Source: the human T2T-CHM13v2.0 reference genome, Homo sapiens. From it: 64,000 bases of DNA. The stretch lies in NCBI RefSeq assembly GCF_009914755.1, contig NC_060930.1; one strand, written 5' to 3'. Position numbers and translations under genes: made by a program. Under the pieces are notes generated by a model. The model searched no databases. It saw only the letters and a program-made list of their open reading frames with translations, and was not told the origin of the DNA. Shown here in pieces: positions 1-25,654 of this stretch. Every line of letters begins with the position of its first letter. Position 1 is the stretch's first letter.

Positions 1-64
1 TGCCATTACACTCCAGCCTGGGCAACAAGAGCGAAACTCTGTCTCAAAAAAAAAAAAAAAAAAA
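1..64 (+). mobile_element. Alu 3' end
   Basis: cactccagcctgggcaac plus poly(A). Confidence 0.9.
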
Positions 65-605
65 TCTTAACATGCTTCCCTTAGAAGTATCACTGCTTAC
101 TTTGGCACATTCTGCTCAGCTGGACATTTATTTCCAATTTTTCACTACTAAAAATATAGTTGTTGAATACTTTTGGATAATCTTTATTCTGTAATTAGAA
201 TTATTTCCCTAAAATTAAACTACTAAGTAGGGGTTAAAACATTCCTATTTATAAAAATAACATGTTAAATGTGGAAAATTTGGAAAACACTTGTTTCAAG
301 GCATACCTAATCAGAACAACTATTAACATTTTGGAATATTTCCTTCTAGTCAGTGGCCATGAATGCTTCGCTTCTAATGATTTTTATGTAGTATGACTGC
401 TTCCCAAAAAGGTTGTACTAAGTTACATCCCCACCAGCCACACATGGGCTTTTGGTATTTAAGTACTACCTCATTCTGAAAACTTAGCTTATTTGATAGG
501 TAAAAATCATATTTCATTTTATAATGCATTAAAAATATTTACTGATTTCCTTCTCTATATGTCTTCAATTAGTTATATCACAACTTTTGTGCACTGAGAA
601 GTTCA

Positions 606-1070
<465 letters not shown>

Positions 1071-1522
1071 CTAAAGGAAAATACATCTTAATTTTAATTT
1101 TTCAGTATTTATTTACCTTTTCATCAACCTGTTTCATCAGATTATTTTTTCAAAAGATTCAATTAACAGAAAAACATTTTAATAGAAAAACCAGTTACAT
1201 GCTATGACTGAGCTATTTAAGACATAAGAAATACCTTGATGCAACTAATGATTTAGATTTTTGGTGGCCATTCCAACCTTCCTCAATTCTTGATTTTCTT
1301 TTTAATCCCCCAGGGTACACAAAATTAGCTATAAAACTGCATGATTCAATGTTCATTGTAACTGAAAACATGTCTTTGGGAAATTTATTTAGTAATACAC
1401 TGGCCCACTTTCCTAAGTGGAAATAAGGAGTCTGAATGAAGAACAACATTCTCCAATTTGAGATTAAGATGGAATTCTGAAACAGATTCTCTGATTCAAA
1501 CTTAATGAAAGTAAATGAAATG

Positions 1523-1829
<307 letters not shown>

Positions 1830-2051
1830 TTAACTGAAGGCTTGTATAATGGAGTTGACACCATACACTGCACAGCAGACAGACTGGTATTTATCTTGCA
1901 GGGGGCAAAAAAGGAGGCCTATTCTCTAAAGAAAATAAAATAAACTGGAAAGAACAAATGCTGTTAGTGTGGATGATGCTACCCCAGAGTAAACTTTTCC
2001 AGATTCTGGCATTCAGTGGGACCAAACATCACACAGGTAGCCTCCTATTTA

Positions 2052-2384
<333 letters not shown>

Positions 2385-2399
2385 CTATCAATCAGGTCT

Positions 2400-3740
2400 C
2401 TAATGCCTCATCCATAAAAATAAAAGGTGACTAAGGATCATCGAACATTTGAGGAAAGCCCACGGCCCCAAAGACAGAGACCAAGATAAGCAATTGGAAA
2501 ACTGACCCTACAAGAGAGATATGCATTCAGGAGAAAGACCAAACTTAAAAACTAGTTAATATGAATAGAGAAATGTTAAATGATGCCGATTTCCATACAG
2601 ACTATGATGCTCTAGTCTAAAAGATGAGTAAAGTCAGAAAGAAGTTCTAGAAAATAAACTTGACCATTCCCTAAATGTAGGGGGGAAAAATGCCCACTTA
2701 TCTCATAATCGCCCATTATCCCGTAATATCTCTACTCAAGATAATAATGCTCAAAAAGAGATGAGACAAACACAATCAAACCAGAAGTTCCCACATCTGA
2801 ATAATAGAGTTGCAGAAAGAGAAACTTATGAAAATAGAAGAGATAAAATTATTAAAGAAATTCAAGAAATTTCTGGAGATTGAACGGAAGCTCTACTTAA
2901 TTTTTTATTAGGGAAATTTTTAAATCCCAGTGTTAAGAAGACTCTAAAGGCTTCTAGGTAAAAAAAGCTAGAAGGGCAGTAATTAGACTGTCATCATCTA
3001 TCTCATCAGAAAGCCAATACACTAAAAGACAATGAGGCAATGACTTCTAAATTCTGAGGATTTTTTTTTTAACCTAGTCTAAGTATCAACAACATTTGAG
3101 AGCAGAATAAAGTTTTTCAAATATGGACCAACATTGAAACTTATCTCCCATTCATCTTCTCTGAAGAAGTTACTTAAAGTCAAGAAAACAAAGCAGTAAA
3201 ACTGAGAAAGAAGACATAGGATCCACAGGATTCTGTTTTACAGATCAAAAACAGAAGAGCCAAAAAGGAAGTTCCAAGAGCACAACTATAGAGAAGGCCT
3301 GAAATGCATTTAATCTGACCTAGAGCCAGAGACCAGAGAGCTCTGAGAGATTCCGGGGAAAAAAACAAAGACAAGAAAGTATGCTTGAGACATACTTTCT
3401 GGAGGAATCTAACAATATGATAAAAAAGAGGTAACACAAGGGAGAAAAACATAATTACGAATTCCAAGAAACAAACAAAATCTAAACAAAAAAAGTTATG
3501 TAATTATAGCACAAGACACAGTCAAAATAACATAAATGCAGATTATTGATTTTCTACTTCAAAATCAACCTAATGATAAAGCACAAAATACCTAATTATG
3601 GCTACAAAGTAGAACGTAAGGATTCTTTGTAAACACTGTAAAGACAGAATTTAGGGGCCAGTTGGGAGAGAAAGAAAAGTCCACCAATATTTTCATGTTA
3701 CGAAGTTAAAGTGCCTACAGTTAATGAAACCAAAAACAAA
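2400..3740 (+). mobile_element. Old L1M (5'/ORF1-region) fragments
   Basis: A-rich degenerate L1-like sequence, e.g. gacaatgaggcaatgacttctaaattctgagg. Confidence 0.5.
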
Positions 3741-3755
3741 GGTTGAGGCATATGC

Positions 3756-3757
<2 letters not shown>

Positions 3758-3786
<29 letters not shown>
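3758..3786. repeat. (TG)n microsatellite
   Basis: Seen directly. Confidence 0.95.
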
Positions 3787-3788
<2 letters not shown>

Positions 3789-4720
3789 CATCCACAGTTC
3801 CTGGCTCGTAACTCCCACAGCCCTTGTTAGTCTTTTGTTATAATGTTGGGGCTCTTTAGGCCTCAAAAGCAGGCCTCAGAAAACAGACCTCCTGCCCTCT
3901 TTCACCTGCTCCTTTTTCTTCCCAATGCAGTAACGTAATCCTCCCGTGCCTTTCCATAAAGAAATTATCTGACCTACCTTATCTGATCCTGATTCATAAG
4001 ATCCCCATTTCAGAGCCCCATACCTTGGGGGAAGGAATGATGCACAGAGAGGCCAAGAATCTGAACAGACAGGCCCTGCTGGGTTTCCATACTCAGTCTA
4101 TTAGGTCGTACTCTTTTTGTCCAATCACATTTCTACACAGTTGACCATGCTTTGTTCATGCCTATCCAATGAAGTCTTCATGAAAGGCCCAAGAGGGTGA
4201 AGTATGGAGAGCTTCCAGACAGCTGAATAAGTAGAGATTCCTGGAGGGTGGTACACCCAGAGAGGGCATGGAAGCTCTGCATTCCTTCCCATACCTTAGG
4301 CCCTATGCATCTATTCATCTCTATCCTTTGTAATATCCTTTATTTAGAAAAACCAGTAAACATGTTGCCCTGAGTTCTGTGAGCTCCTCTAGCAAATTAA
4401 TTCAACCCAAGGAGGTGTCATGGGAAACACAATTTATAGCCAGTTGATCAGAAGCACAGGTAAAACAACCTGGGCTTGCAACTGGCACTGGAAACGGGGG
4501 AGAGGCAGTCTTGAGGAGTGAACCCTCAATCCGTGGGGTCTCCAAGAAGACACTGTCAGAACTGAATTGAATCAGAGGACATCTAGCTGGTATCTGCTGC
4601 AGAACTGATTGGGTGGTGTATGGCAGGGGAAAAAGTCTCATACATTTGGTCACAGGAGTCTGTGTTCATTGTTGTGGTGTGAGAGCAGACAACAAAACAG
4701 TTTGAAGTTTTCCTACTCAA
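3787..4720. mobile_element. MER21-like LTR
   Basis: Recognised segments gttcctggctcgtaactccc, agcaaattaattcaacccaaggagg and gaactgaattgaatcagaggacatctagctgg. Confidence 0.65.
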
Positions 4721-4744
4721 GGTATATTAAAGTTATAAAGTAAT

Positions 4745-5550
4745 CAAAATAGATAATAACAAGTGTTGGTGAAGAAGTGAAAAAAACTGGAACCCTTACA
4801 CATCGCTGGTGGGAATGTAAAATGGCACAACCACTTTGGAAAGTTTGTTAATTCCTCAAAATGCTAAACATTAGAATTACCATATGACCTAGCAATTCCA
4901 CTTCTAGGTATTTACCAAGAGATGAAAACATGTATCCACACACCAAGTTGTACATGGATGTTCACAATGCATAGTTGTATGATTTTGTTACCAGTAGTGT
5001 TAACCTGAATGGGATCTGGTTACCTTGGAAATGCAGGAACTTATTATGAATGTACTATAAAGTAAAATGCTGACTGATTCCTGGGGACAGGGTGGAATAT
5101 ACAAATACAACATTATTCATAATAACCAAATAGTGGAAATAATCCAAATGTCCACCAACTGCTGAGCGGATAAACAAAATTCATATATCTATACATAAAA
5201 AGGAATGATGTACTGATACCTGCTTTAACAAGATGAATGAACCTTGAAAACATTATACTAAGAGAAGCCAGTTACAAAAGACCACATAATCCTAAGATTT
5301 TATTTACATGAAATGTCCAGAAAAGGCAAATCCATTGAGACAGAAAGTAGATTAGCGGTTGCCAGGGTCTGAGTAAAGCGAGTAATGGTGAGTGACTACT
5401 AATGGGTTTGGAGTTTTCTTACAGGAGGATAAAAATGCTCTAAACTTAGATCATGGTGAGATATAACAATTCTGAATATGTTAAAACAATGGAAGTGTAC
5501 ACTAGATGGGTGAATTTATGGCATGCAAATTATGTCTCAATAAAGCTTTA
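4745..5550 (+). mobile_element. L1MB-type 3' end
   Basis: ataacaagtgttggtgaag...gctggtgggaatgtaaaatgg...ctcaataaagc. Confidence 0.8.
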
Positions 5551-5849
5551 GAAAACTAGGTCCAAATATAGTGCTTTATTGAGAGGAAGAGAGAGATAAA
5601 GTGGTGATAGTACAAGTGAACTATATCTTCCTCAATCATAGCAAGAATTTATGGTAATAGCTAAAGCTGATCAATCAAAGAATAGCAGTAAGTATGCTGG
5701 AGATGTGCACGTCTATCCAACTATTAATAAAATAAACAAAAAGCAATGGGTAAAAGTAGTTGCTTTAGGAAGTAGACCTATGTCTAGGGAAAAGGTGAGA
5801 CAGAGGACTATGTAGCAGTTATTTAATTAATTCATTAATTCATTCATTT

Positions 5850-6130
5850 ATGAGACAGGGTCTCACTCTACCGCCCAGGCTGCAGTGCAGTGGTGCTATC
5901 ACGGCTCCCTCCAGCCTTGTCCTCCTCAGTTCAAGTGATCCTCCCACCTCAGTCCCAAGTATCTGGGACTACAGGCGTGCACCACCATGCCTGGCTAATT
6001 TTTAAAATTTTTTAGAGATGTGATCTCACTATGTTACCCAGACAAGTCTCAAACTCCTGGGCCCAAGTGATTCTCCAGTCTCAGCCTACCAAATTGCTGA
6101 GATTACAGGCATGAGCTACCACACCCATCC
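5850..6130 (-). mobile_element. Alu (J-like)
   Basis: Reverse Alu consensus. Confidence 0.9.
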
Positions 6131-6399
6131 TGTAGCTTTTATTTAAAAAGGCTTCCACTGCGTATTCTATTGGAACAAATTAGACACCTAAATGTCCAAC
6201 AAGAGGTGGGTTGAATAGATTTATTAGCTGCATAGATCACCTGTATGTTTATTTAAATTTGATTACCAATTTGTTCATGTAAGGTAAAACCTGTAATTGC
6301 TAAAAGGATCATCTATGCAGGCCAATTGATCAATACATTGCATTATGAATGTTTACTATATTTGAAAATGTATCCATGCAATGAACTTTTAAAGTATTT

Positions 6400-6845
6400 A
6401 TAACAGCACAATTCTCAATTCCAAAGATATGGAACCAACCTAAGTACCCATTGATCAACAAACAGATAAAGAAAAATGTCGCATCTATACACCATGGAAT
6501 ACCACTCTGCCATGAAAAGGAATGAAATGTCTTTTGCAGCAACTTGGATGGAGCTGGAGGCCATTATTCTAAGCGAAGTAAATCAGGAATGGAGAAAAGC
6601 AAATACTGTATGTTCTCACTTATAAGTGGGAGCTAAGCAATCAGGACTTATAGATATACAGAGTGATATAATGGACTCTGGTGACTTAAGGTTGGGGAGA
6701 AGATTGGGGGGTTAGGGATAAAAGACTAGATATTGCGTAAAGTGTACACTGCTCAGGTGACAGGTGCACTAAAATCTCAGAATTCACCACTAAAGAACTC
6801 ATTCATGTAATAAAAACCACCTGTACCCCAAAACTACTGAAATAA
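6400..6845 (+). mobile_element. L1PB/L1MA-type 3' end
   Basis: gatatggaaccaacctaag...tgttctcacttataagtgggagctaa...aaactactgaaataa. Confidence 0.82.
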
Positions 6846-6887
6846 TTATTTTTTTAAGTTATGTATTACTATATTTTTTACAAGTTA

Positions 6888-7070
<183 letters not shown>

Positions 7071-7199
7071 TTATCAGGTTCTTCCAGTGTCAAGCATGCC
7101 TTCTTCTCTGTTTTCCCTAAAACCTCCCTCTTAAAGCCCTCTGAACTCCAGTTCACATTTTCCAAAACAAAACAAAAATGTCAACAAATCCTACACAGA

Positions 7200-7505
<306 letters not shown>

Positions 7506-8038
7506 TTAATGAAGCACAATTAGGCAACCACTATACTCCAAACAGATTTTTTTCCAATGGCCTACAAGACCTTACGTGATCTGTCTCTTCATTGCCCCCT
7601 CCAACCCATCTCTCTATACATATCTTCTTAGGCTTGTGCTAAAGTGGCACCCTTTCAGAGAACTTCCTTGACTTTCCTATATGAAACAGCAGTGTTTGCC
7701 ACATGCCCTCTGCCACTCCCCTTAACCCGCTACTTTTCTTCAGCACTTGGCATTTTATTGTCTTCCTCCAGACACTCCCAGAATGTAAGCTTCATGAGGG
7801 CAGCCTTTTTTTGTTCAATGGCATATCCTAAATGCCTAGAACCGGGATGTGTACAAGGTATTTCTCTTTCGTATTTAGTTATTATTCATTCTTCAGTTAA
7901 AGTCCATTACACATCTGCCCCCAACAGAACTAGACTGTGAAGAGCCTTAAATGTCAAGCATTGAAGCACTTTACAAAGAAGGAAGTGCAGCCATTAGAGT
8001 GGCCCTACAGAAGAAATGCTTTAGAAAGATTCCTTTGG

Positions 8039-8438
<400 letters not shown>

Positions 8439-8444
8439 TTACAG

Positions 8445-8660
8445 CAAAGGTCTCTGGAGTCAGGAGACTTGAGTTTGATCCTGGCTCCACAGTTTACCAG
8501 AGCTCCAAAACTCTGAACAAACTGTTAGTGTAAGAAGCTCTCTGCGCCTCTCGCCTTATGTGTAAAATGAAGGCAGAAATGATGCCTACCTCATAGGGCA
8601 TTTGCGAGGATATGTTATTCCTGTGGTTAATACAGTGCCTGAACATAAATTTTAGCATTG
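8445..8660 (+). mobile_element. MIR fragment
   Basis: ctctggagtcagg...tgtaaaatgaaggcagaaatgatgcctacctcatagggc. Confidence 0.7.
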
Positions 8661-9191
8661 TAGGTAGAAAATAAAAGAAAAGAAACAAGCAAGTATGTGT
8701 TCATGTATTCAACTTAGTTTTACTGAGTGTCTGTAGATATCCCAGGTACTTTTTTCTAGGCACTGGGAATGCAGCTGTGAGCAAGTATAGGGTCCCTGCC
8801 TTCACTGTGTTTACATTCTAGCATGAAGTGACAAAAAATAGCCCTAATTTATCTGAACCTATCCGGTTCTTGAGTTTTAGCTGGTGAACAGCAGAAGTTG
8901 GGACAGCAAAGTCCTATCTCAGTCTCTCCAGGAGATACATGCTCTACAATGTCAGGCTATGAAGAGAGCTATAGAGAAAAATTAAGTAGGGCAAGGGGAC
9001 ACAGTGTGCTCATGCTATTTTAAATAGTGTTGTGACATTTGAGTAAGGAGGTGAGCGATGCTGGGAGTTTATCTGGAATGATTCAAAACGGTGGTTTCAG
9101 AAAATGGAAATTTAGGGAGAGGAACGGATTTAAAGATGGTATGTTTGGGGTCTTAGAAATGATTTAGTTATGGCTCTAAAGGATGGATTAA

Positions 9192-9330
9192 AGCTGGGCA
9201 TGGTGGCACACACCTGTAGTCCCAGCTACTCAGGAGGCTGAGGTGGAAGATCACTTAAGCCCAGGAGTTCAAGGCCAGCCTGAGCAACACAGTGAGATTT
9301 CCATCTCTTAAATAACAAAAAACTAAAAAT
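9192..9330 (+). mobile_element. FLAM monomer
   Basis: Single Alu-like monomer. Confidence 0.8.
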
Positions 9331-9479
9331 TAAAGAGAGAAAGAAGGAGAGACTAAAAGCTGACTGGAAAAAGCACCTTTGAAACTTTAGTTTACTTACA
9401 TATAAACTTTAGTCTTTTCTGTCTTGGGAGTGGGGAATGGTTAAGATCTCCTAATGCAGGGAACTGCCTTCTGAGGCCT

Positions 9480-9885
9480 GTGTTAGAGGCTGAATTGTGC
9501 CCCTCCTAGAAAGATACGTTGGAGTGCTATCCTCCAATAACTGGGCTTGTGACATTATTTAGATACAGGGTGGGTCTTCACAGAGGTAATCAAGTTAAGA
9601 TGAGGTTATCAGGATAAGCCCGAATCCAACATGACTACTGTCCTTTTAAAAAGAGAAAATCTGGATGTAGAGACACACACACATATAGAGGGAAGATGAT
9701 GTGAAGAGACACAGGGAAAAGATGGCCATCTACAAGGCAAGAAAAAGGCCTGAAACAGATTCTCCCTCACAGCCCTCAAAAGGAATCAACCCTCTGACAC
9801 CTTTTAGACTTCTAGCCTGTGAGATAATAAATTTCTGTTGTTTAGCCACCCAGTTTTTGGTACTTTGTTACAGAAGACTGAAGAA
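9480..9885 (+). mobile_element. MLT1B/C-like LTR
   Basis: ggctgaattgtgcccc...gaggtaatcaagttaagatgagg...aataaatttctgttgttta. Confidence 0.75.
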
Positions 9886-10445
9886 AACCATGTTTGTATA
9901 CTTATTTCCCTTAAGAAATCCTAAGTCTCTTGAAGGAAAGGACTGTGTCCCAGTCATCTCTGTATCCCTTCTAGAGTTATCACACTTATTTAGATGTGAT
10001 GCAAAGATTTAACGAGATGCTATTTTAGGTTCTAGCACCTACACACAATGGAACTCAATAAATGCTAAATTTCTCCCACTACCTTTTCCATATATATTTT
10101 TCCTGAAAGATTTTTTTCTTTTGCAAATTGACATAATCCTTTACATATCTAATTTTATCCAAACTTAACTTCTGAGACATACTCACAAGTAGTCTAAGTT
10201 TCTCAACTCAGAAATCTTAAGCTGGAACTAGGGTCTAACAATATAAAAATAAAAATCTGAGTGCCTAAGTTTATCAGGTGTTACATACAAATAAATATAA
10301 TTCAACCTTGATCCTCAGGTGACTATACTCCAAACTCTACCATATATACACACACATATATATAAATATACATGAAAATGAAACACCAACACATGAGCTA
10401 AAACTATTAGTTTGATACACTAATAGTATTAAGAAATGTCACATA

Positions 10446-10772
10446 GGCTTGGCACAGTGGCCCCATGTCTGTAATCCCAGCACTTTGGGAGACCAAGGCG
10501 GGAGGAATGCTTGAGCCCAGCCTGGGCCAGATGGCGAGACTCCGTCTCTACAAAAAAAAAAAAAAAAAAAAGAAAAAAAAGATTAGCCAGTCTTGGTGGC
10601 ATGTGCCTGTAGTCGCAGCTACTAAGGGAGCAGAGGCAGGAGGATCCCTTGAGCCCAGCAGTGTGATGCAGCTGTAAGCTATGATCACGCCACTGCACTC
10701 CAGAGCCTGGGTAACAAAGTGAGACCCTGTTTCTAAAAAATAAAAAATAATAATAAAATAAAAATCCAAAAA
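10446..10772 (+). mobile_element. Alu (J-like)
   Basis: Dimeric Alu with expanded middle A tract. Confidence 0.9.
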
Positions 10773-11315
10773 AAAGTCACATAAAAGACAAAGATAAACC
10801 CATCTAAGGTAAAGAACGAAGCATGAGAAAGAAAGCAGTCATCCAAAAACTTATTTCACCTCAGTACTGGGCTAGGCACTCAATGCAATTTCATCCTTAT
10901 AACCTTGCCATCTACAGATAAGGCAACTTGAACTGAAAAGTCAAAAGAAACTGTCCATGTTCACCTAACAATGGTGTTGGAGGCAGGCTGAAATCCGGGA
11001 CTGTGTAATTCAAAAGGACAAGCTCTTTTTGATAAACAGCATATTGAGCATGTACTGTATTATCCTTCTACCTAGAAATATTAGCATGAATTACCTAATT
11101 TATCCCACTGCATTCTTCTTTCTAGTAAAGAAAAATGCAAAATACAATTCCTGTTAAAGCTATTCTAAAAGGCATAAAAACTAGCAGAAGGGAGCTTGTC
11201 CTCAAGCTCATATGTAGGTAGAAAAAACCTGGCATCTCTGATCAAATTGCTAAGTGGAGGCACATCAAAAAATGTTCATAAGCTGAAGAGTAGCACAATA
11301 ATTAAAGGCAAAGTG

Positions 11316-11845
<530 letters not shown>

Positions 11846-12159
11846 CACAACACTATCCCCAAAAGGACTGTTAGCCTTGTTCAAAATGCCTAGGCCTCTA
11901 TGACACTCAGATCATAAATTTTAGAATTTGAGTAAATTAAAAAAGGTTATCAACATGATTGACTACAAGTACCAAGCTTCATACCATTGATGTTTTTGTT
12001 CACCAAACAAGAATTGGTGACAATTGTTACGTGGTAGTTAAAATGTATATTAAAATTTCTGAAACTTCTTGATATGCCATCCTAAAATACTCATCAATAT
12101 TGTTCAAGGCATTTAAGCCACCAATAAATTACCCAATAGCAATGAATTACACACCTGGA

Positions 12160-12423
<264 letters not shown>

Positions 12424-12837
12424 TGATTTTTATTTATCTAGCTCCTGCCAACTGATTTTTGTGTTTAGTGGAAACATTTTACTACAGTTATCTGAAAATT
12501 AAGTGTATTCAAATTATTTTGTGGGCTTCTGATAACTTTCTGAAGTTATACCCTGTTAAATTAGTTGAAAAACTGGATACTATGGTCTTCACAGCTGATC
12601 TTTGTTGGTCTTTTTCAAATTTCCAAAGCTAATCCTCCACTACGAGGCCCATGGAACCATGGGGCTCTTCCACAACTGTGCTTAATACTATCACTCAGAG
12701 AGGGAACTTGCAACAGTCAGCCTATTAATGCCTACCTTTCACCATAAAGACTCTGAGGCAGAGATTACATACTACAGGCTGCAAGCTGAATCCTGCCTGT
12801 AAACAAAAGTATACAATGGTTTTTAAATAAAGTCGTG

Positions 12838-13490
<653 letters not shown>

Positions 13491-13699
13491 AGTTGTGAAC
13501 ACTAAACAATCTGGAGAATCACATAAAAACAAAGTTCTAGCTTCTGTTGAAAAAGCTGAAGACGTGGTAATAGTGGACCCATCTTCTCACAGGGTAACAG
13601 GAGCTAAGAAACCTTTTCTTCTTTAGATATAAAGGAGGAGGCACACTTCACACACTCTAATAAGCACAGAACCATTCCCTGTTGTCTTACTCATAGTAT

Positions 13700-16052
<2,353 letters not shown>

Positions 16053-16099
16053 AAGTAAGATGGAGTGAACACATGAATAACAAGAAAGAGGAACAGCCT

Positions 16100-18641
<2,542 letters not shown>

Positions 18642-19717
18642 TGAATAGAAGATCATACCAACCACAACATTCTCTTTAGCCAAAACCCAATCCAGAGCAA
18701 GGCCCTGGATTTTATGAAGTTTGTGAGAGGTGAGGAAGCTGCAGAAGAAAAATTTGAAGGTAGCAGAGGTTGGTTCATGAAGTTTACAGAAAGAAGCCAT
18801 CCCCATAACATAAAAGTGCAAGGTAAAGCAGTGAGTGCTGATGAAAAAGCTGCAGCAAGTTACCTAGATGCTAAGATAATTGATGAAGGTGGCTATACTA
18901 AACAGCAGATTTTAGGTGTAGACAAAAGAGCCTTCTATTGGAAGATGATGCCATCTAGGACTTTCATAGCTGGAGACAAGTCAATGACTGGCTTCAAAGC
19001 TTCAAAGGACAGGCTGACTCTTGTTAGCAGCTAACGTACCTAGTGACTTTAAGTTGAGGCCAATACTAATTTACAATCACAAAAATCTTAGGGCTCTTAA
19101 GAATTATGCTAAATCTACTCTGCCTGTGCTCTATAAATGGAACAACAAAGCCTAGATGACAGAACATCTGTTTACTGCATAGTTTACTGAATATTTTAAG
19201 GCCACTATTGAGACCTTCTGCTCAGAAAAATAGATTCCTTTGAAAATATTACTGCTCATTTGCAATGTACCTAGTCACCCAAGAGCTCTGATGGGAATGT
19301 ACAAAGAGATTAATGTTGTTTCCATGCCTACTGACATAACATGTATTCTGCAGCCCATGGATCAAGGAGTCATTTCAACTTTCAAGTCTTATTATTTAAG
19401 AAATACATTTGATAAGGCAATAGCTACCATAGTGATTCCTCTGATGGGTCTGGGAAAAATCTATTGAAAACCTTCTGGAAAGGATTCACGATTCTATATG
19501 CCATTAAGAACAGTCATGGGGAGAGGTAAAAATATCAACATTAACAGGAGTTTGGAAGAAGTTGATTCCAACCCTCATGCATGACTGAAATGTTCAAGAC
19601 TTCTGTGGAGGAAGTAACTACAGATGTGGTAGAAACAGCAAGAGGACTAGAATTAGACATGGATCCTGAAGATGTGACTAAATTGCTCCAATCTCATAAT
19701 AAAACTTGAACAGATGA

Positions 19718-20048
<331 letters not shown>

Positions 20049-20370
20049 AGAAAGCGGTTTCTTGAGATGGAATCTACTATTGGTAAAGATGCTGTGAACA
20101 TTGTTGAAATGACAACAAGGGACTTAGAATATAACATAATCTTAATTTATAAAACAGTAGCACAGTTTGAAAGGACTGACTCCAATTTTGAAATAAGTTC
20201 CTCTGTGGGTTAAATACTATCAAACATCATCGCATACTACAGAAAAATCTTTGGGTAAGGGAGGGTCAATAAATGCAGCAAACTTCATTGTTTAAGAAAT
20301 TGCCACAGCTACTCCAACCTTGAGCAGCCGCCAGATGAGTCAGCAGCCATCAATACTGAGGCAAGACCAT

Positions 20371-20680
20371 AGCTGGGTGCAGTGGTTCACACCCCTAATC
20401 CCAACTACTCAGGAGGCTAAGGCAGGAGGACTGCTTGAGGCCAAGAATTCAAGGCCAGCTTGAGGGCAACATAATGAGATTCCATCCCTTAAAAAAAATA
20501 AAAAAATAAAAAATAAAAAATGAGCTGGGCATGGTGGCATGTGCCTGTAATCCTAGCTACTTGGGAGACTGATGCAGGAGGAACGCATGCACCCAGGAGT
20601 TCGATGCTGCAGTGAGCTATGATAGCACCACTGCACTCCAGCCTGGGCAACAGTACCAGACCCCATCTCCCTTAAACAAA
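20371..20680 (+). mobile_element. Alu (J-like) in Tigger1
   Basis: Dimeric Alu. Confidence 0.88.
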
Positions 20681-21114
20681 AATTATTATTGAGGCAAGAC
20701 CTTATACCAGCAAAAAGATTATGACTCACTGAGGGCTCAGATGATCCTTAACATTTTTTAGCAATAACGTATTTTTAAATTAAGGTCTGTACATTTTTAA
20801 AAGACATGACGCTACTGCAAAGTTAACAGACTACAGTACAGTGCAAACATAACTTTTATATGCATTGGGAAACAAAAACTTTGTGTGACTCGCTTTGAGG
20901 TGGTCTGGAACTGAACGTGAACCCATAGTATCTCCAAAGTATGCCTGTAATACTTTAGCCAATTTAAAAATATCCCCAAACTAGTAACAGTGATAGAGAG
21001 GATTTGGAGAGCATGAGCAAAAGAGCTTACCTAAAGTGGGAAAAACCCCACAAAAAAGTGCCAGTTATTCCACAAGGTCTAAATTGATTTTAGTTGATCA
21101 TCTTTCTTCCCTTC

Positions 21115-21390
21115 TTTTGGAGACAGGGGTCTTGTTCTGTCACCTAGGCTGGAGTGCAGTGGCATAATCACAGCTCACTGTAGCCTCTACCTCCTGGGCT
21201 CAAGAGATCCTCTCACCTCAGTCTCCTGAGTAGCTGGGACTACAGGCACGTGCCACCACACCCAGCTAACTTTTGTGTTTTTAGAAGACAGGATCTTGCC
21301 ATGTTGCCCAGGCTAATCTCAAGTTCCTGGGCTCAAGGCCTTGGCCTCCCAAAGTGCTGGGATTACAGGCATAAGCCACTGTACCGAGCC
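21115..21390 (-). mobile_element. Alu (J-like)
   Basis: Reverse Alu. Confidence 0.88.
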
Positions 21391-21691
21391 TTTTTCACTT
21401 TTAGTAAGGGAATTCCTAAGCACCCGCAGCCTTATTCACTTTGGCACTTCAACAAGTTGCTGGTTTCAAGTAATCTAAAGGAAAATGGTAATTTGTCAAG
21501 CCTGGGATGCACTGTAGTAGAAACACTAATGTAAATAAAACTTACTAACCAATGAAACTACAGAGGAAGAAGAGAACAAAATATTTTCTGACAAGAGAAG
21601 TTCTAGAAATTCAATTTTGCAAGTAAATTTATATTTAAGGGAATCACACACAATTAAAAATGCAAATTTTAAAAAAGATATAACAGTTGAC

Positions 21692-22597
<906 letters not shown>

Positions 22598-23115
22598 GAT
22601 ACATTCTTAATAAAGAGTTCTTAAGATCAAGAAAAAGATCAACAATCTAATATTAAAAATGGGCAAAAAATTCAAAATTACAACAAGGTATTTTATAGAT
22701 TACCAGATTTGGCAAGATTTTTCAAGTAATATTACCTAGTTCTGGTGGCTTCACAGGAGATACAAGAACACTCCCATTTCCACTGCTTTGCCTAGAGCAG
22801 TCCTCTTCCAAGTCTTTGTTCAAATGTCACCTTTTCAGTGTGGCCTCCATCACCCTATTTAAAACTGTAACCTTATCTCCATTTCTCAACCCCCACTTAT
22901 CTTTCTCTTTTTTCTCCACCTATCACCTAATATACTATTTAATTTACTTATTTATGTCTATTGTTTATTCTGTCTTTCCTCCCACTATAATAATATAGTA
23001 GCCAACGGGACAGGAATGTTTTTCTTTCACTGCTGAATCCCGAATATGGAAAACAATGCTTGGGACAGGGTGGGAGATCAAAAACTATTTGTTTAATGAA
23101 TAAGAGTTAAACTAG

Positions 23116-23790
<675 letters not shown>

Positions 23791-24009
23791 TTAAATGTAT
23801 ATACCATTCGAAGTATTTATCCTAAGGAAATAATCACTGATGTAAGCAATGATTTGTCCAAAAGATTATTCACTATAGCTGTGAATTAATTGTGAAAAAC
23901 TGGAAACAGCCCATAGTGGAATATTTAATACACGAAAAATACTCATGATAATGTTAACTAGGGAAAAGTATGCCCAGTGATTCCATTTTTGTCTTTAAAG
24001 GTATATACA

Positions 24010-24580
<571 letters not shown>

Positions 24581-25094
24581 AATTATGGCATATCAACTTA
24601 ATGGAATGCTAGATGAGGTTCTCTTTCTGTCCTGACATGGAACTATTTCTAAGACTCAGTGAAAAAGGCAGACCCTAAAAAAAATAGTAAGGCTGCACTA
24701 TATGGAATATAGAACCAATTTCCAAGGTGCACTGCTAAGTGTAAAAAGCATCAAATACTATTTCATTTTTTAAATTGTTTCAAATTTACTGGCTCTACTT
24801 CCTACTGAATAAAAATGTTAGATATTTAAGTATTTTCTCTTGTAAATTTTTTTTTTAATTTGTGGCCAAATTCAAGTAAATTTTCAATATATCTCCCAAA
24901 TGACTCCACAAATCAGTGTTAGAGCTGAATTAATTTTACTACCAAATGTATACTAAATCCATAATTATTTAACTGCAAATAAAGTGAAAATTACTGTCCA
25001 AACCAGCTTCCTAAGGTAAGTAATAAAATCAGTAAGTATGAAATCCATTCTGGAATTATGTTCCATAGAAACAACTTCAAAAACAGACATATAG

Positions 25095-25594
<500 letters not shown>

Positions 25595-25654
25595 TCAACT
25601 CAGCTTCTACCTTACCTGTTGTAAGACACACCAAAAGCACTGTCACTTAGAAAC

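Noticed and set aside
18714-19467. Transposase-like ORFs as a possible domesticated TIGD-type gene
   Set aside because: Stops, frameshifts, 5' truncation and nested insertions mark a dead Tigger1.
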